A stretch of 37,778 bases of DNA from a virus: positions 1-37,778 of IMG/VR virus record IMGVR_UViG_3300045988_060391; one strand, 5' to 3'. The notes below the pieces were generated by a model. That model had not been told where the DNA came from. It was given only the letters and a program-made list of their open reading frames with translations, and searched no databases. Positions within the stretch are counted from its first letter, which is position 1; each line of letters starts with the position of its first letter. Both the position numbers and the translations under genes were made by a program. Shown here in pieces: positions 1 through 8,751 of this stretch.

Positions 1-119
1 GATGCCATTGCTGCGCTACGCGACCCGGACGCCACGCCACGAGACAAAAATAGAGTATTGAAGGCTATCGTCGAGCGTATAGAGTACACCGGCTCCCAGA
101 GCTTCGGGACAGACAAAAA
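1..119. repeat. Terminal direct repeat copy 1, identical to 37660..37778 (circular-contig overlap)
   Basis: Bases 1-119 read identically to 37660-37778. The repeat lies inside the integrase frame and joins it in phase. Confidence 0.95.
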
Positions 120-171
120 ACGACGAGTAGGATATAACCCATTTACTGTGAGCGTAAAGCTGCGGTTTTAA
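1..171 (+). CDS. int: C-terminal 56 codons of the large serine integrase (continuation of 36280..37778)
   Basis: Position 1 equals 37660, which is the first base of a codon in the integrase frame. The frame stays open to TAA at 169-171 (...RIEYTGSQSFGTDKKRRVGYNPFTVSVKLRF*). Confidence 0.9.
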   Translation, partial: DAIAALRDPDATPRDKNRVLKAIVERIEYTGSQSFGTDKKRRVGYNPFTVSVKLRF

Positions 172-182
172 TTTATGCCCAT

Positions 183-230
183 ATGTACATCATGCGTATG
201 CAAGTTCGCACGCTTCCGCATGATGTACAT
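183..230. other. Candidate attP core: 14-bp perfect inverted arms around a 20-bp spacer
   Basis: ATGTACATCATGCG (183-196) and its exact reverse complement CGCATGATGTACAT (217-230), 12 bp after the integrase stop. There is no U-tract, so it is a poor terminator. Confidence 0.45.
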
Positions 231-300
231 GTGCAAACCCACGCCGCGGCGCGGTTTACGGCTTTATCAAAAAGCGCGGAGGTATTATAGCACATACTTG

Positions 301-339
301 AAATAAAAAAAAGAGGCACCCCGCCGTGAGGTGCCTCTT
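301..339 (-). terminator. Rho-independent terminator ending the late operon (also faces int)
   Basis: Stem AAGAGGCACC (311-320) pairs with GGTGCCTCTT (330-339). On the minus strand it is followed by a T-run (complement of 301-310). Confidence 0.75.
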
Positions 340-350
340 TCGCTAAAAAA

Positions 351-740
351 TTATTTCTGTTTGATCTGGGCGATCCACGCCTCACCGGCGCCCTTGATCA
401 GCGCCTCGATGTCCACGCCAGCCGCGGTCAGGACCTTCTCCGCCGGCGCGCTCATCTTTTCCTTGGTCCTAGTAATAAGAGCCGCGCGCAGGGCTGTGAT
501 CTCTTCCTTGGTCAGCTTGCCGTCCTCGTGTGCGGCCTTGAGACCTTCCACCAGCTGCTGCTGCAGCTCCAGTACGGTCTGGCCTGCCAGCGAGATCACC
601 TCGTCCATAGCGGCGCCGATGCTTTTCAGCTCCGCCCGCTTGTTGATCTGCACGGTCAGCCAGGCGCCCAGCACGCCGATCAGCGTGAGCAAGAGAGTGG
701 CCGCGATGTTCACCAGGTTCTCGATGATGATGTTCGTCAT
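351..740 (-). CDS. Single-TM protein, holin-like (resembles LL-H-type holins from memory)
   Basis: 129 aa with an N-terminal hydrophobic helix (NIAATLLLTLIGVLGAWLTV) and a charged helical tail. It is the last gene of the late operon. Confidence 0.55.
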   Translation of the reverse strand: MTNIIIENLVNIAATLLLTLIGVLGAWLTVQINKRAELKSIGAAMDEVISLAGQTVLELQQQLVEGLKAAHEDGKLTKEEITALRAALITRTKEKMSAPAEKVLTAAGVDIEALIKGAGEAWIAQIKQK

Positions 741-755
741 TGTTTTGTGCTCCTT

Positions 756-1088
756 TCAATTTTTAATTGGCAGGTCGGTGACCTGCTGCATTACCTTGTC
801 TAAAAAACCATTGCCTCCGAGCTGCGTGTGGTAGATCTCGTGCATGATAATCAGGTCTTCCAGCTCCTCGGCGGTGATGGATTCCCGCCGGATGTAAGCC
901 CGCGCGAGGTGCTTGATCCTGTCATACAGCAGGATGCGCAACCCGCAGGTGAGGCCCTCGGTCTGCTGCGCGGCTTTGTCGTGTCGGCTCGTCCTGCGGT
1001 TAAGCGCCCACATGATCAGGCCGAACACTCCGGCCACGATCGCGGCGCCCATCGCGCCGCCGAACAGGCTAGTCAGTGTTCCGCTCAC
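756..1088 (-). CDS. Membrane-anchored protein, possible lysis accessory/holin
   Basis: 110 aa with an N-terminal TM (GGAMGAAIVAGVFGLIMWAL). It sits between the fiber gene and the holin-like gene. Confidence 0.45.
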   Translation of the reverse strand: MSGTLTSLFGGAMGAAIVAGVFGLIMWALNRRTSRHDKAAQQTEGLTCGLRILLYDRIKHLARAYIRRESITAEELEDLIIMHEIYHTQLGGNGFLDKVMQQVTDLPIKN

Positions 1089-1116
1089 TCGTTTGTCCCT
1101 CCGTTTATTCTTGTTT

Positions 1117-3216
1117 TTATGCCGTCCGTTTCCAGACGTACACGGCCAGGTACGGCGGCATATTGTTGTGCGCCGCCCCGCCGCCGACCGGGTGAGTATT
1201 CGCGTTCCATGTCCAGCCGTTCTCCCCGTTCAGCTGCACGGCCGCGGGGGTCCAGTCATAGGTCGGGCCGGCAGCGTTGCCGTTGGCGAGTGTGTGCTGG
1301 TGGCTTGGCATTTCGTTGACCGTCAGCTTGTGCTCCCGTTCGCCGCCGGTGCTGCCCGCGTCGTAAGTATTGCCCGAAGCCAGCAGGAACACGTCCTGGA
1401 TTCGCTCCCACGTCCCGCCGAAAAGCTCGCCGGGGTTGACGCTGTTCACGCTCAGGTAAATTGACCCGATCGGGTACACACTGAGCATGGTGGGCGTTAC
1501 CACCCACGCGCCGTAACTCCACCCGGCTGCGCCATTTTTGGACAGCGTGCGGCGATACACCGGGCGCGTTGCTTCCAGGGCGTAAAACTCCTGCATGAGG
1601 TACACCCACTCATCGGTCGCTGCGTTCTCCGCGTCCGTGCCGACGCCCGTGGCGTTGAACACGCGGAGGGTTCCGGCCGTCGCCAGCGGTATGTTAATCA
1701 CACCGGCCGCGACGACGTTGCTGCGGATGCTGTAGACACCGATGCGCTTGTATTCGTTCAGGTCCGCGCCGCTTTCGATTGCCTCCGAGGCAGCGCCCAG
1801 GCCGAGCACTCGCCCCTTGGGGTCGAAGCCGAAGTCGACGCCGCTGCGCTCCGCCGTCTTGCCGAAGGCGATACCAGTACCGTCGGCCCGCAGGTCGAGG
1901 ATTACGGCTCCGGATGGCAGCGTCGCCTGGTAGGTCGCCGAGGCTCCGAAGTAGTCGGTCACGGTGATGCGCACGTCGAAGCGGTAGTCGGTCGAGAAAG
2001 CTGTGGCAGGCTTGACCGTAGTGTCCTCAGAGAGCGCGGATCCGGTCAGCAGCTGCGCCCAGGTCGTGGCCGTCGATCGTTTATACTCGAGCTTCATGTT
2101 GGCGGTGTTCTTGCTGTCCAGACTGGCCACGCTGTACTTGTACACCACCGCCAGGCGCTCGCCGTCCTCCGCCGCGTTGCCTGCCGTGTCGACACGGTAG
2201 ACGCGGAAGGCGCTAATGGCCGGCGGGCTGTAGGGCAGCACCGTGATCGAGACGTTCTTCGCCGCGCTCCAGCGGCCGCGGCTGTCCTTGACTTTGACGG
2301 ACAAGGTGCCGCTGCTGCTCAGCACGTCGGACGTCCACGACGAGCCGCTGTAGGCCTTGCCGAGCAGCGTCGCCTGGTACTCCTTGATGGTGCTCCCCTT
2401 GGCGCCTGTGCCGCTGATCGACACGTTGAGGGCGGACTTGTTCTGGACGAACGCCCCGAAGCGAGAGGCCAGACCGGCCGTCGCCTCGACCGCGCTCACC
2501 GTGCCGACGGTCGGCAGCACGCCGGCCGGCACCCTGGCTGTCATGACGGCGTACTTGGTGCCGATTGTGGTACTGCGGCTCTTGGTGATTGCGCGGACGG
2601 TCAGCGTGCCGCTTGCAGCGTTCGGGATGCTGCTGGCCACGTCCGGCACGGTCCAGGACTGGGACGTCCCGACACCGGTGGCAATGCTCACATAAGCCCC
2701 GCCGGCGAAGCTGTAGGCAAGGTCGTGCGTGAAGTTGTCGTCCGCCCGCGGCAGGCTGATCGTGATGCTGGCGCCCATGTCCGCGGCGGAAGCGCTCAGC
2801 CCCGGCTGCGTAGCTCGGGCGATTCGGTCCAGCGTGATGCTGGCCGACGCTGTGATGCTTTCGTAATAGGTGCCAGATATCGTCGCGCGGATGTTGAACG
2901 TGGCGGAGATCGTCACAGTCTTGGTACCGTCGGAATTGTGCGCGATGTCGCTGGTCGTGATGGTTGCCAGCTTGGTCGTCGTTCCACCGCTGCTGTTGAT
3001 GGCCGCGGAGGGCCAGACGTAGCGCGAGCCGTTGACCGTCACGGAATTGTCAGCCCGGCCCGCGATGTTCAAGTCCCAGCTGCTGGCCTGCACCAGAAAC
3101 AGGTCGCAGAGGATGCGCGACGTGTTCGCGGCGACGTTCTGGGTGGCGGACCAGCTCACCCGCAGGGTGTAGTTGCCGTCTAAAATTGACCCAGTGAAGG
3201 ATCCAATCAGTGCCAT
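1117..3216 (-). CDS. Tail fiber / receptor-binding protein
   Basis: 699 aa directly after Tal. The N-terminal part resembles the siphovirus DUF859-type domain. The C-terminus (SHQHTL...GGGAAHNNMPPYLAVYVWKRTA) resembles tail-collar/MdpB-type domains. Confidence 0.75.
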   Translation of the reverse strand: MALIGSFTGSILDGNYTLRVSWSATQNVAANTSRILCDLFLVQASSWDLNIAGRADNSVTVNGSRYVWPSAAINSSGGTTTKLATITTSDIAHNSDGTKTVTISATFNIRATISGTYYESITASASITLDRIARATQPGLSASAADMGASITISLPRADDNFTHDLAYSFAGGAYVSIATGVGTSQSWTVPDVASSIPNAASGTLTVRAITKSRSTTIGTKYAVMTARVPAGVLPTVGTVSAVEATAGLASRFGAFVQNKSALNVSISGTGAKGSTIKEYQATLLGKAYSGSSWTSDVLSSSGTLSVKVKDSRGRWSAAKNVSITVLPYSPPAISAFRVYRVDTAGNAAEDGERLAVVYKYSVASLDSKNTANMKLEYKRSTATTWAQLLTGSALSEDTTVKPATAFSTDYRFDVRITVTDYFGASATYQATLPSGAVILDLRADGTGIAFGKTAERSGVDFGFDPKGRVLGLGAASEAIESGADLNEYKRIGVYSIRSNVVAAGVINIPLATAGTLRVFNATGVGTDAENAATDEWVYLMQEFYALEATRPVYRRTLSKNGAAGWSYGAWVVTPTMLSVYPIGSIYLSVNSVNPGELFGGTWERIQDVFLLASGNTYDAGSTGGEREHKLTVNEMPSHQHTLANGNAAGPTYDWTPAAVQLNGENGWTWNANTHPVGGGAAHNNMPPYLAVYVWKRTA

Positions 3217-3217
3217 G

Positions 3218-4816
3218 TTAATCTCCCACCTTTACGAGTGATAGGTTGCCGTTCGCGCGCGGGATCCAGGCGAAGGCTCCGATGCGCAGCGAATTGAGGA
3301 ACCGGCCGTCCAGGACGTGCAGCTGCTTGTCGCTGAAATATGCCACCTCAGCGCCGGCGTCCAGGAAGCTCACGCGGTCGTTCTCGATGCGCAGCGTGAT
3401 CTCGTTCCCGGCCTCGCCGAGGATGATGTTGCCGGCTTCGAAGCGGATATACTGCCGCAGCTCTGTGAACTGCCGGCGGGCCTCCGCGTCGTTTCCGTCG
3501 ATGGCGCTGCTCAGCTGATTGAACTGGAAGGTTATGCTATCGCTCAGCTGCGTGATCTGCGTCGAGATCGCGCCGGTCACCTCGTCGCCCGTGGCGTATT
3601 TCTCCTCGACCATGAGCTGGATCTCGTCACGCGTCTGGTTGATCAGCGACGTCATGGACGCGACGGCCGCCTGGATGGCTGCGGTGGTGTCCGCGTCGTA
3701 GCCGCTCATGGTCTGCCGCACCGTCGAGACGACGGAGCTCTGCAAGCCTCTGGCGCTGTCCACGGTGGCGCCGGTCAGGCTGGCGACCGTACTACCCAGG
3801 GTGACCTTGTCCTTCTCCGGGTTCAGCAGGTCGAGGTCCAGCTGCGTGAGTTGGAACCAGGCGTCCACGCTGTGCGGTTTGCTCACGACGTGGATGTCGT
3901 CGCCGATCTGGAACTGGTCGAGATTCGCGTCAACCAGGGACAGGTCAACGGCGGACAGGCTCAGCGACGTGAGGATTTGCTTGCTGCTGGCCAGATACTG
4001 CTGCGCCTTGGTCAGCAGGTTGGCTGGCTCAGTCACGTCGTCCCAGTACACCGGCTGCATGATAAAACCCCGCAGCGCGACGGCCTGCTCGTCCTGGACG
4101 TAATCGACGCCGCCGTTGACGCTCTTGATCGTCACGCGTGTGCCGGTGTCATCCGCTGCGCCATACGGCAGGATGGCCGTGGCCAGGTCGGCGTTGCTCT
4201 CGGTCCGGGCGAAGTCCAGCAGATTCTCGCCGAACTCGATCAGCTGCGTGCTGCGATAGCCGAGCGACTTGTACCAATTCACCACGCGCTGCCCGGAGCT
4301 GTTCGTGGTGAACACGATATAGCCGCCGCAGCGCTCCAGCAGGGTGTTGAGTGTGTCGCTGGTCTGTTCGGCCTTCTCGCTCTCCAGTCGGATGTAGTCG
4401 TTCGGATCGGTGACGGTGATCGTGCCGACGACGAAGCGCTTGGCCTCATCCACCTGTGCGTTGTGGTTGGTCACCAGCGCGGTGAAAATGGAGGCAGGGT
4501 CGTCCTGGTAGAGATAGGGCCGCATGACACTGTCCCGGAAGAAGCACAGCTCGCCCTCGCAGGTTATCGTCCGGCGGTTATAAAAGTCATCCGCCGGGCT
4601 TAGCGCGCGGCCGCGGAACAGCAGCTCCGCGTCTCGGCGGATTTCGACGATGCTCTTGTAGCTTGTGAAGCTGCTGTAGGCGGGATGCTCCGGCGGCATG
4701 ATGATCTTGGCGGTGCCGCCCTTGTTGAGCCCCAGCTGAACAGACAGGCCGAGGAGGTTGTACTCCTCCAGCCTGCTGTCGAAGGTGAGCACGCCGTCCG
4801 TGTAGATTTGGATCAC
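3218..4816 (-). CDS. Tal-type tail protein (prophage tail endopeptidase family)
   Basis: 532 aa. It sits after Dit with a 4-nt ATGA overlap. The N-terminus is typical of siphovirus Tal, and the C-terminus is coiled-coil. Confidence 0.75.
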   Translation of the reverse strand: MIQIYTDGVLTFDSRLEEYNLLGLSVQLGLNKGGTAKIIMPPEHPAYSSFTSYKSIVEIRRDAELLFRGRALSPADDFYNRRTITCEGELCFFRDSVMRPYLYQDDPASIFTALVTNHNAQVDEAKRFVVGTITVTDPNDYIRLESEKAEQTSDTLNTLLERCGGYIVFTTNSSGQRVVNWYKSLGYRSTQLIEFGENLLDFARTESNADLATAILPYGAADDTGTRVTIKSVNGGVDYVQDEQAVALRGFIMQPVYWDDVTEPANLLTKAQQYLASSKQILTSLSLSAVDLSLVDANLDQFQIGDDIHVVSKPHSVDAWFQLTQLDLDLLNPEKDKVTLGSTVASLTGATVDSARGLQSSVVSTVRQTMSGYDADTTAAIQAAVASMTSLINQTRDEIQLMVEEKYATGDEVTGAISTQITQLSDSITFQFNQLSSAIDGNDAEARRQFTELRQYIRFEAGNIILGEAGNEITLRIENDRVSFLDAGAEVAYFSDKQLHVLDGRFLNSLRIGAFAWIPRANGNLSLVKVGD

Positions 4817-5472
4817 AGGATCGCCTCCCTGTATCGGATGGTCACGGTGCCGCTGCCGCTATAACTGATTGTGTTCGCTCCCGGCCGCAGAGCCAGCTCC
4901 GGCAGGGTGTAGGTCCCGTCGGACAGGCTCCACGTTCGGCTGCCGAAGCTGAGCGACACGGACCCGGCAACGGTCACCGTCGGGATCGCGACCCGGCGGC
5001 CGTAGTTGCGGAGGATGACCTGCCGCGCCGTGCTCGATGCGGTCAGCGTCTGCACCGTCTCGTTGACGGCGAAGCGCCACGGCAGGCAGTTGGCCGTCAC
5101 GGTCAGAGCACCGTGGACCGGGTCGTTGTAGCTGATCGCAACATGTGCTCTGCCGTCCAGGTAAAAGTCCTCATAGTCCGGCAGGACGATGTTCACGCGG
5201 CGGCCGTCCAGTCGGGCCAGCAGGTCGTCGAAGATCTCCTGCCGGTCCAGTCGGGTACCCTCGCTGCTCTCGAAGGTCGCGGTCAGCGTGCGGTTACTGT
5301 AACGCGGTTCCCCCTCGGTGAGGGCCGTGGTCAGGTCCAGGTCGCCGTCGCGGCCTGGCACTGCCACGAAGTTGGACTTGTACACCGGCGCGGTCAGCGT
5401 CCAGCCGGTCAGCGTGAGCCGCCCATCCGACGCGGTGTCGTAGTCTCCGAAAAGGATTTTGCGCTTGATCAT
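4813..5472 (-). CDS. Distal tail protein (Dit)
   Basis: 219 aa immediately after the tape measure gene, with overlapping TGATG stop/start. Size and position are typical of Dit. Confidence 0.75.
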   Translation of the reverse strand: MIKRKILFGDYDTASDGRLTLTGWTLTAPVYKSNFVAVPGRDGDLDLTTALTEGEPRYSNRTLTATFESSEGTRLDRQEIFDDLLARLDGRRVNIVLPDYEDFYLDGRAHVAISYNDPVHGALTVTANCLPWRFAVNETVQTLTASSTARQVILRNYGRRVAIPTVTVAGSVSLSFGSRTWSLSDGTYTLPELALRPGANTISYSGSGTVTIRYREAIL

Positions 5473-8066
5473 CAGATTGCCCCCCTTGCTGCCAGCGCTC
5501 GGCGCTGACCGAGTGCGCGGTCGTAGCGGGCGGCCGTTGCGCCCACCAGCGTGTCGCCGTCGATGGCCAGCACCTGCCCCGCTTCGATCGCGGTCAGGAT
5601 TTTGTCCAGCTTAGCCATGAGCCCATCGCCGCCGGCGGCCGTGCCGGCTTGCGTCCCGAAGGTCGCGTTGAGCTGGCGGTCGAGTGTCAGGCCGTTGAGC
5701 CCGTCAGCGGCCGCGTCCAGCACGTCTCCAGACAGGCTGCGCATAGCGTTGACCGGCGCGTCCACCGCGTCGTCGATGCCGACGGCCAGGCCTTCGCTCA
5801 GGTAGCGGCCGATCTCCGCGGTTTTCTTCGATGGCGATTCCACGCCGAAGAAGCTCTTAATTTTTCCGAGCACTGAATTCGTAAAGCTGCTTATTTTATT
5901 GACCAGCCACTGGAACTTGTCGTTGATGCCGTTCCACAGGCCTCTGACCAGGTTGGAGCCGATGCTTCTGATCCGGCTCGGCAGGCTGCTCAGCCCGTTC
6001 ACGATAGCATTAAACGTGTTCGATGCAGCCGTGCGAGCCTTGCTCACCATATTGGAGCCCCAGGTCGCCACGTTGTTCAAGGCAGTGGTCAGCAGCTCCC
6101 CAATTTTACCCGGCAGCTGAGCGAGTGTCTCGGAGACACGCGTCAGGAAGTTGCCGGCGGCTTCTTTGGCCTTGGCGACGATGCTACCCGCCCATTCGAC
6201 GACCTTGTTGATGGCCGGATTCAGGACCTTGTTCCACAGCTCGGTCGGCAACTTTTTCAGGCCGTCGATTACGGCTTTCAGAATCCGCGGCAGGTTCTTC
6301 GCCAGCGCCACTACAATGGTCGGGATTGCTTGCACGATCGCCATGAGCAGCTGGACGGCTCCCTCGATCATTATGGGAATATAGGAAATTAGGCCGTTGA
6401 TCAGCGTGTCGATGATTAACGGCAGATTTTCGGATATGGCCCCCAGTATTTGCGGGATTGCCTGCACGATCGCCATGAGCAGCTGCACAGCCGCGTCGAT
6501 GAGAATCGGGATAGAATCGAGCAGCGCGGTAATAATCGCGTTGACGACCGTGGGCAGCGCGTCGATCAGTGCAGTGATGACCTCCGGCAGCGCCTGCACG
6601 ATCGCCATGAACAGCGTCACAGCCGCCTGCAGGAGCTCAGGAACGAACCCCACCAGCGTGGTGATCAGCTGCGGCACGATGGCCACGACGGCGGCGATAA
6701 TCTGCGGCATAGATTCAGACAGTGCCGTGACGACGTTGACGATGATCTCGGCCAGCGTGCTCAGCAAGTCCGGCAGGCGCGAGATCAGCGTGGTGGTCAG
6801 CGTGGTAAGCAGCGAGACCGCCACGGTGATGAGCGTCGGCGCCAGCTGCACCACCAGGTCGAGCAGCTGCGTCAGGATTCCGGACAGAGCCTCGCCGATT
6901 GCGCCGGCCGCGCCTGCGTCTCCGTTCAGGAGATCGCGGAAGGCCTGGGCCAGCTGTTTCACGCCGGGGACGAGATCGGACAGCAGCGCGGCGCCCATCA
7001 TCTTGACGTCGGTCAAGATTGGCTCAATCGCTCCGCCGATCTCCGCCATGGATGCGGTCCACTCCTCGTTCGCCTGGTTTGCACGGATAACCTCGGCGTT
7101 GGTCTCTTTGTAGGCCTCCGCGGCCTCGCCGTACAGACCGGCCAGGGTCTCGGTGATCAGCGCCTGGCGCTCCTGCTCGGTGCTGCACTTGGCCAGGCTT
7201 TCGTTGAACTCATCCTCAGAGACGCCCGCCCAGTTGAGTGCGTCGGCGAGCGGGCCAGTGACCTGTCCGACTTTGGCGGTCTCATTGGCCGCCTCAGTCA
7301 GGCCCTCGATCGGCAGACTGTCGCCAAAAGTGGCAAACACGCCCGGCAGGATGTCGCCGGTCCAGGTTGCGAGGTCCTGCTCGTTGTCTGTCAGCTGGGC
7401 CAGGTGGTTGGCTGCCTCGACGGCCTGGTCGCTATCGCCCAAGACGCCCTGGAGCTCTTTATATGCTCCGGTCGCAGCCTCGGCGCTGAACCCGGAGGTC
7501 GTGAAGGCCGTCTCCAGCTTGCCCATGGCGACGCGGTACTCGCGGGTGCTCTCCGCGCTCGCCACCAGCGCGCCGATGGCCGCCGTCGCAGCAGCCGCCA
7601 CAGCCTTGAAGCCTGCGACCGCTACCTTGCCGAGCTTGTCGCCGAGCTCGCCGGAGGACTTCTTCGCCTCCTTGGTCTCTTTGTTGACGCCCCTGAGCGC
7701 GTCCTCGGTCTCCTGTGCTGCGTTTTCGTAACCCTGGAGCTTCTGCTCAGTCGCCACAATCTCGCGCTGCAGGGCGCGGTACTGCTCCTCAGAGACCTCG
7801 CCGCGCTCGAACTGCGCCTGGACCTGCTTCTCGGCCTCTTTCAGCGTGTCCAGCTTGCTGCGGGTGTTGGCGATTGCTTCGCCCAAGACCTGCTGCTTCT
7901 GCGCCAGCAAGTCCGTGTTGCCGGGGTCCAGCTTGAGCAGGCGATTGATCTGACCGAGCTCGCCGGACAAATCGCGGGATTTTTTATTTACATTTTCCAG
8001 GGCCTTGCCCAGTTTAGTGGTGTCGCCACCGATCTCGACGGTCAGGCCTTTGATGTTAGCGGCCAT
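5472..8066 (-). CDS. Tape measure protein
   Basis: 864 aa. N-terminus MAANIKGLTVEIGGDTTKL, then a long coiled-coil, a hydrophobic central repeat region, and the RBS GGAAGGAGGGG. Confidence 0.9.
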   Translation of the reverse strand: MAANIKGLTVEIGGDTTKLGKALENVNKKSRDLSGELGQINRLLKLDPGNTDLLAQKQQVLGEAIANTRSKLDTLKEAEKQVQAQFERGEVSEEQYRALQREIVATEQKLQGYENAAQETEDALRGVNKETKEAKKSSGELGDKLGKVAVAGFKAVAAAATAAIGALVASAESTREYRVAMGKLETAFTTSGFSAEAATGAYKELQGVLGDSDQAVEAANHLAQLTDNEQDLATWTGDILPGVFATFGDSLPIEGLTEAANETAKVGQVTGPLADALNWAGVSEDEFNESLAKCSTEQERQALITETLAGLYGEAAEAYKETNAEVIRANQANEEWTASMAEIGGAIEPILTDVKMMGAALLSDLVPGVKQLAQAFRDLLNGDAGAAGAIGEALSGILTQLLDLVVQLAPTLITVAVSLLTTLTTTLISRLPDLLSTLAEIIVNVVTALSESMPQIIAAVVAIVPQLITTLVGFVPELLQAAVTLFMAIVQALPEVITALIDALPTVVNAIITALLDSIPILIDAAVQLLMAIVQAIPQILGAISENLPLIIDTLINGLISYIPIMIEGAVQLLMAIVQAIPTIVVALAKNLPRILKAVIDGLKKLPTELWNKVLNPAINKVVEWAGSIVAKAKEAAGNFLTRVSETLAQLPGKIGELLTTALNNVATWGSNMVSKARTAASNTFNAIVNGLSSLPSRIRSIGSNLVRGLWNGINDKFQWLVNKISSFTNSVLGKIKSFFGVESPSKKTAEIGRYLSEGLAVGIDDAVDAPVNAMRSLSGDVLDAAADGLNGLTLDRQLNATFGTQAGTAAGGDGLMAKLDKILTAIEAGQVLAIDGDTLVGATAARYDRALGQRRALAARGAI
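6240..6640 (-). repeat. Three tandem 132-bp (44-aa) repeats inside the tape measure gene
   Basis: The core GC(T/C)TGCACGATCGCCATGA recurs starting at 6328, 6460 and 6592. The protein repeats carry A(A/G)VQLLMAIVQAIP. Confidence 0.85.
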
Positions 8067-8331
8067 TGCCGGCCCCTCCTTCCGAGCCCAGCTTGCGGCG
8101 CAGCTTCGCCCGGTCGGGTTCGGTCTGCTCCAGTCGCCAAGCGTTGTTGAGATATTCCCGCCCCGCTTCGGTTTGATTCAGGCGGTCGATGAAGGCGTCA
8201 CGGCGCCAGGTCAGGAACTGGAGATAGTCGAGCTCCCCGACCTGCAAAAAGTTCAGGCCCGTATACTCCGAGACGAGCCGCTTCCACCATGAGGTGGTCG
8301 TGTATTCATGCCCGCCCGTACTGTCCGCCAT
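8056..8331 (-). CDS. Tail assembly chaperone, frameshift extension (gpT-like)
   Basis: This 91-aa ORF lies in the -1 frame relative to 8349..8693. That frame has no stop between the slippery site and this ORF. Confidence 0.7.
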   Translation of the reverse strand: MADSTGGHEYTTTSWWKRLVSEYTGLNFLQVGELDYLQFLTWRRDAFIDRLNQTEAGREYLNNAWRLEQTEPDRAKLRRKLGSEGGAGNGR

Positions 8332-8348
8332 GGGATAGTACGGGACTT

Positions 8349-8693
8349 TTAGTTTTTTGCGCGGCTGATCTCCTCGACGAAGTCGATGTACGCAGAGAAG
8401 AAGATCACCAGATCCTCCAGGTCGATGTTGTAGTCATCGCGCAGCTGCTCCGCGGTCACTCGAATGCCGTCACGGTTGCAGCAGATCAGGCGCGCGGCCA
8501 GGTCGAACACGGCCTTGATGCTCGCGCCGTCTCCGGTCTTGACAACCTCGCCCAGCTCAGCGGTAACAGCCTGCATTTCCTCAATCAGAGCCTCCGTCGG
8601 CGTGCTCACGCGGATTTTAGTCTTTTCCGCGTCCTTCATTGTCAGCACCAGCGTCGGGCGCTGCACGCTGTTAAAGTCCAGATTCTTCGCCAT
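8349..8693 (-). CDS. Tail assembly chaperone (gpG-like)
   Basis: 114 aa, acidic, between the major tail and tape measure genes. It ends at the slippery heptamer. Confidence 0.75.
   Translation of the reverse strand: MAKNLDFNSVQRPTLVLTMKDAEKTKIRVSTPTEALIEEMQAVTAELGEVVKTGDGASIKAVFDLAARLICCNRDGIRVTAEQLRDDYNIDLEDLVIFFSAYIDFVEEISRAKN
8352..8358 (-). promoter_or_regulatory. -1 programmed frameshift slippery heptamer A_AAA_AAC
   Basis: The minus strand reads GCA AAA AAC TAA at the end of the gpG-like ORF. Slipping -1 gives KKLKVPYYPMADST..., in frame with 8056..8331. Confidence 0.7.
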
Positions 8694-8751
8694 GTTTTTG
8701 CCTCCTTAAAAAAGAAAAGAGCGGGACCAGTAAGCGGTCCCGCTCACGGGA

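Noticed and set aside
1-119. The terminal repeat as a genuine virion direct terminal repeat
   Set aside because: It lies inside the integrase ORF and rejoins it exactly in frame. It is therefore best explained as the overlap of a circularly assembled contig, not as a packaging repeat.
1117-3216. Diversity-generating retroelement targeting the fiber genes
   Set aside because: No reverse transcriptase ORF exists anywhere in the window. I found no template/variable repeat pair near either fiber gene.
6450-8150. Long plus-strand ORFs opposite the late genes (for example 6450-8150 at 566 aa, 3317-4603 at 428 aa, 12657-14519 at 620 aa, 14547-15884 at 445 aa, 10955-12070 at 371 aa)
   Set aside because: They are antisense shadows of well-supported minus-strand genes in GC-rich DNA. 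They have no Shine-Dalgarno sites, their composition is Arg/Gly/Ala/His/Leu-rich and low in complexity, and I recognise no motifs.
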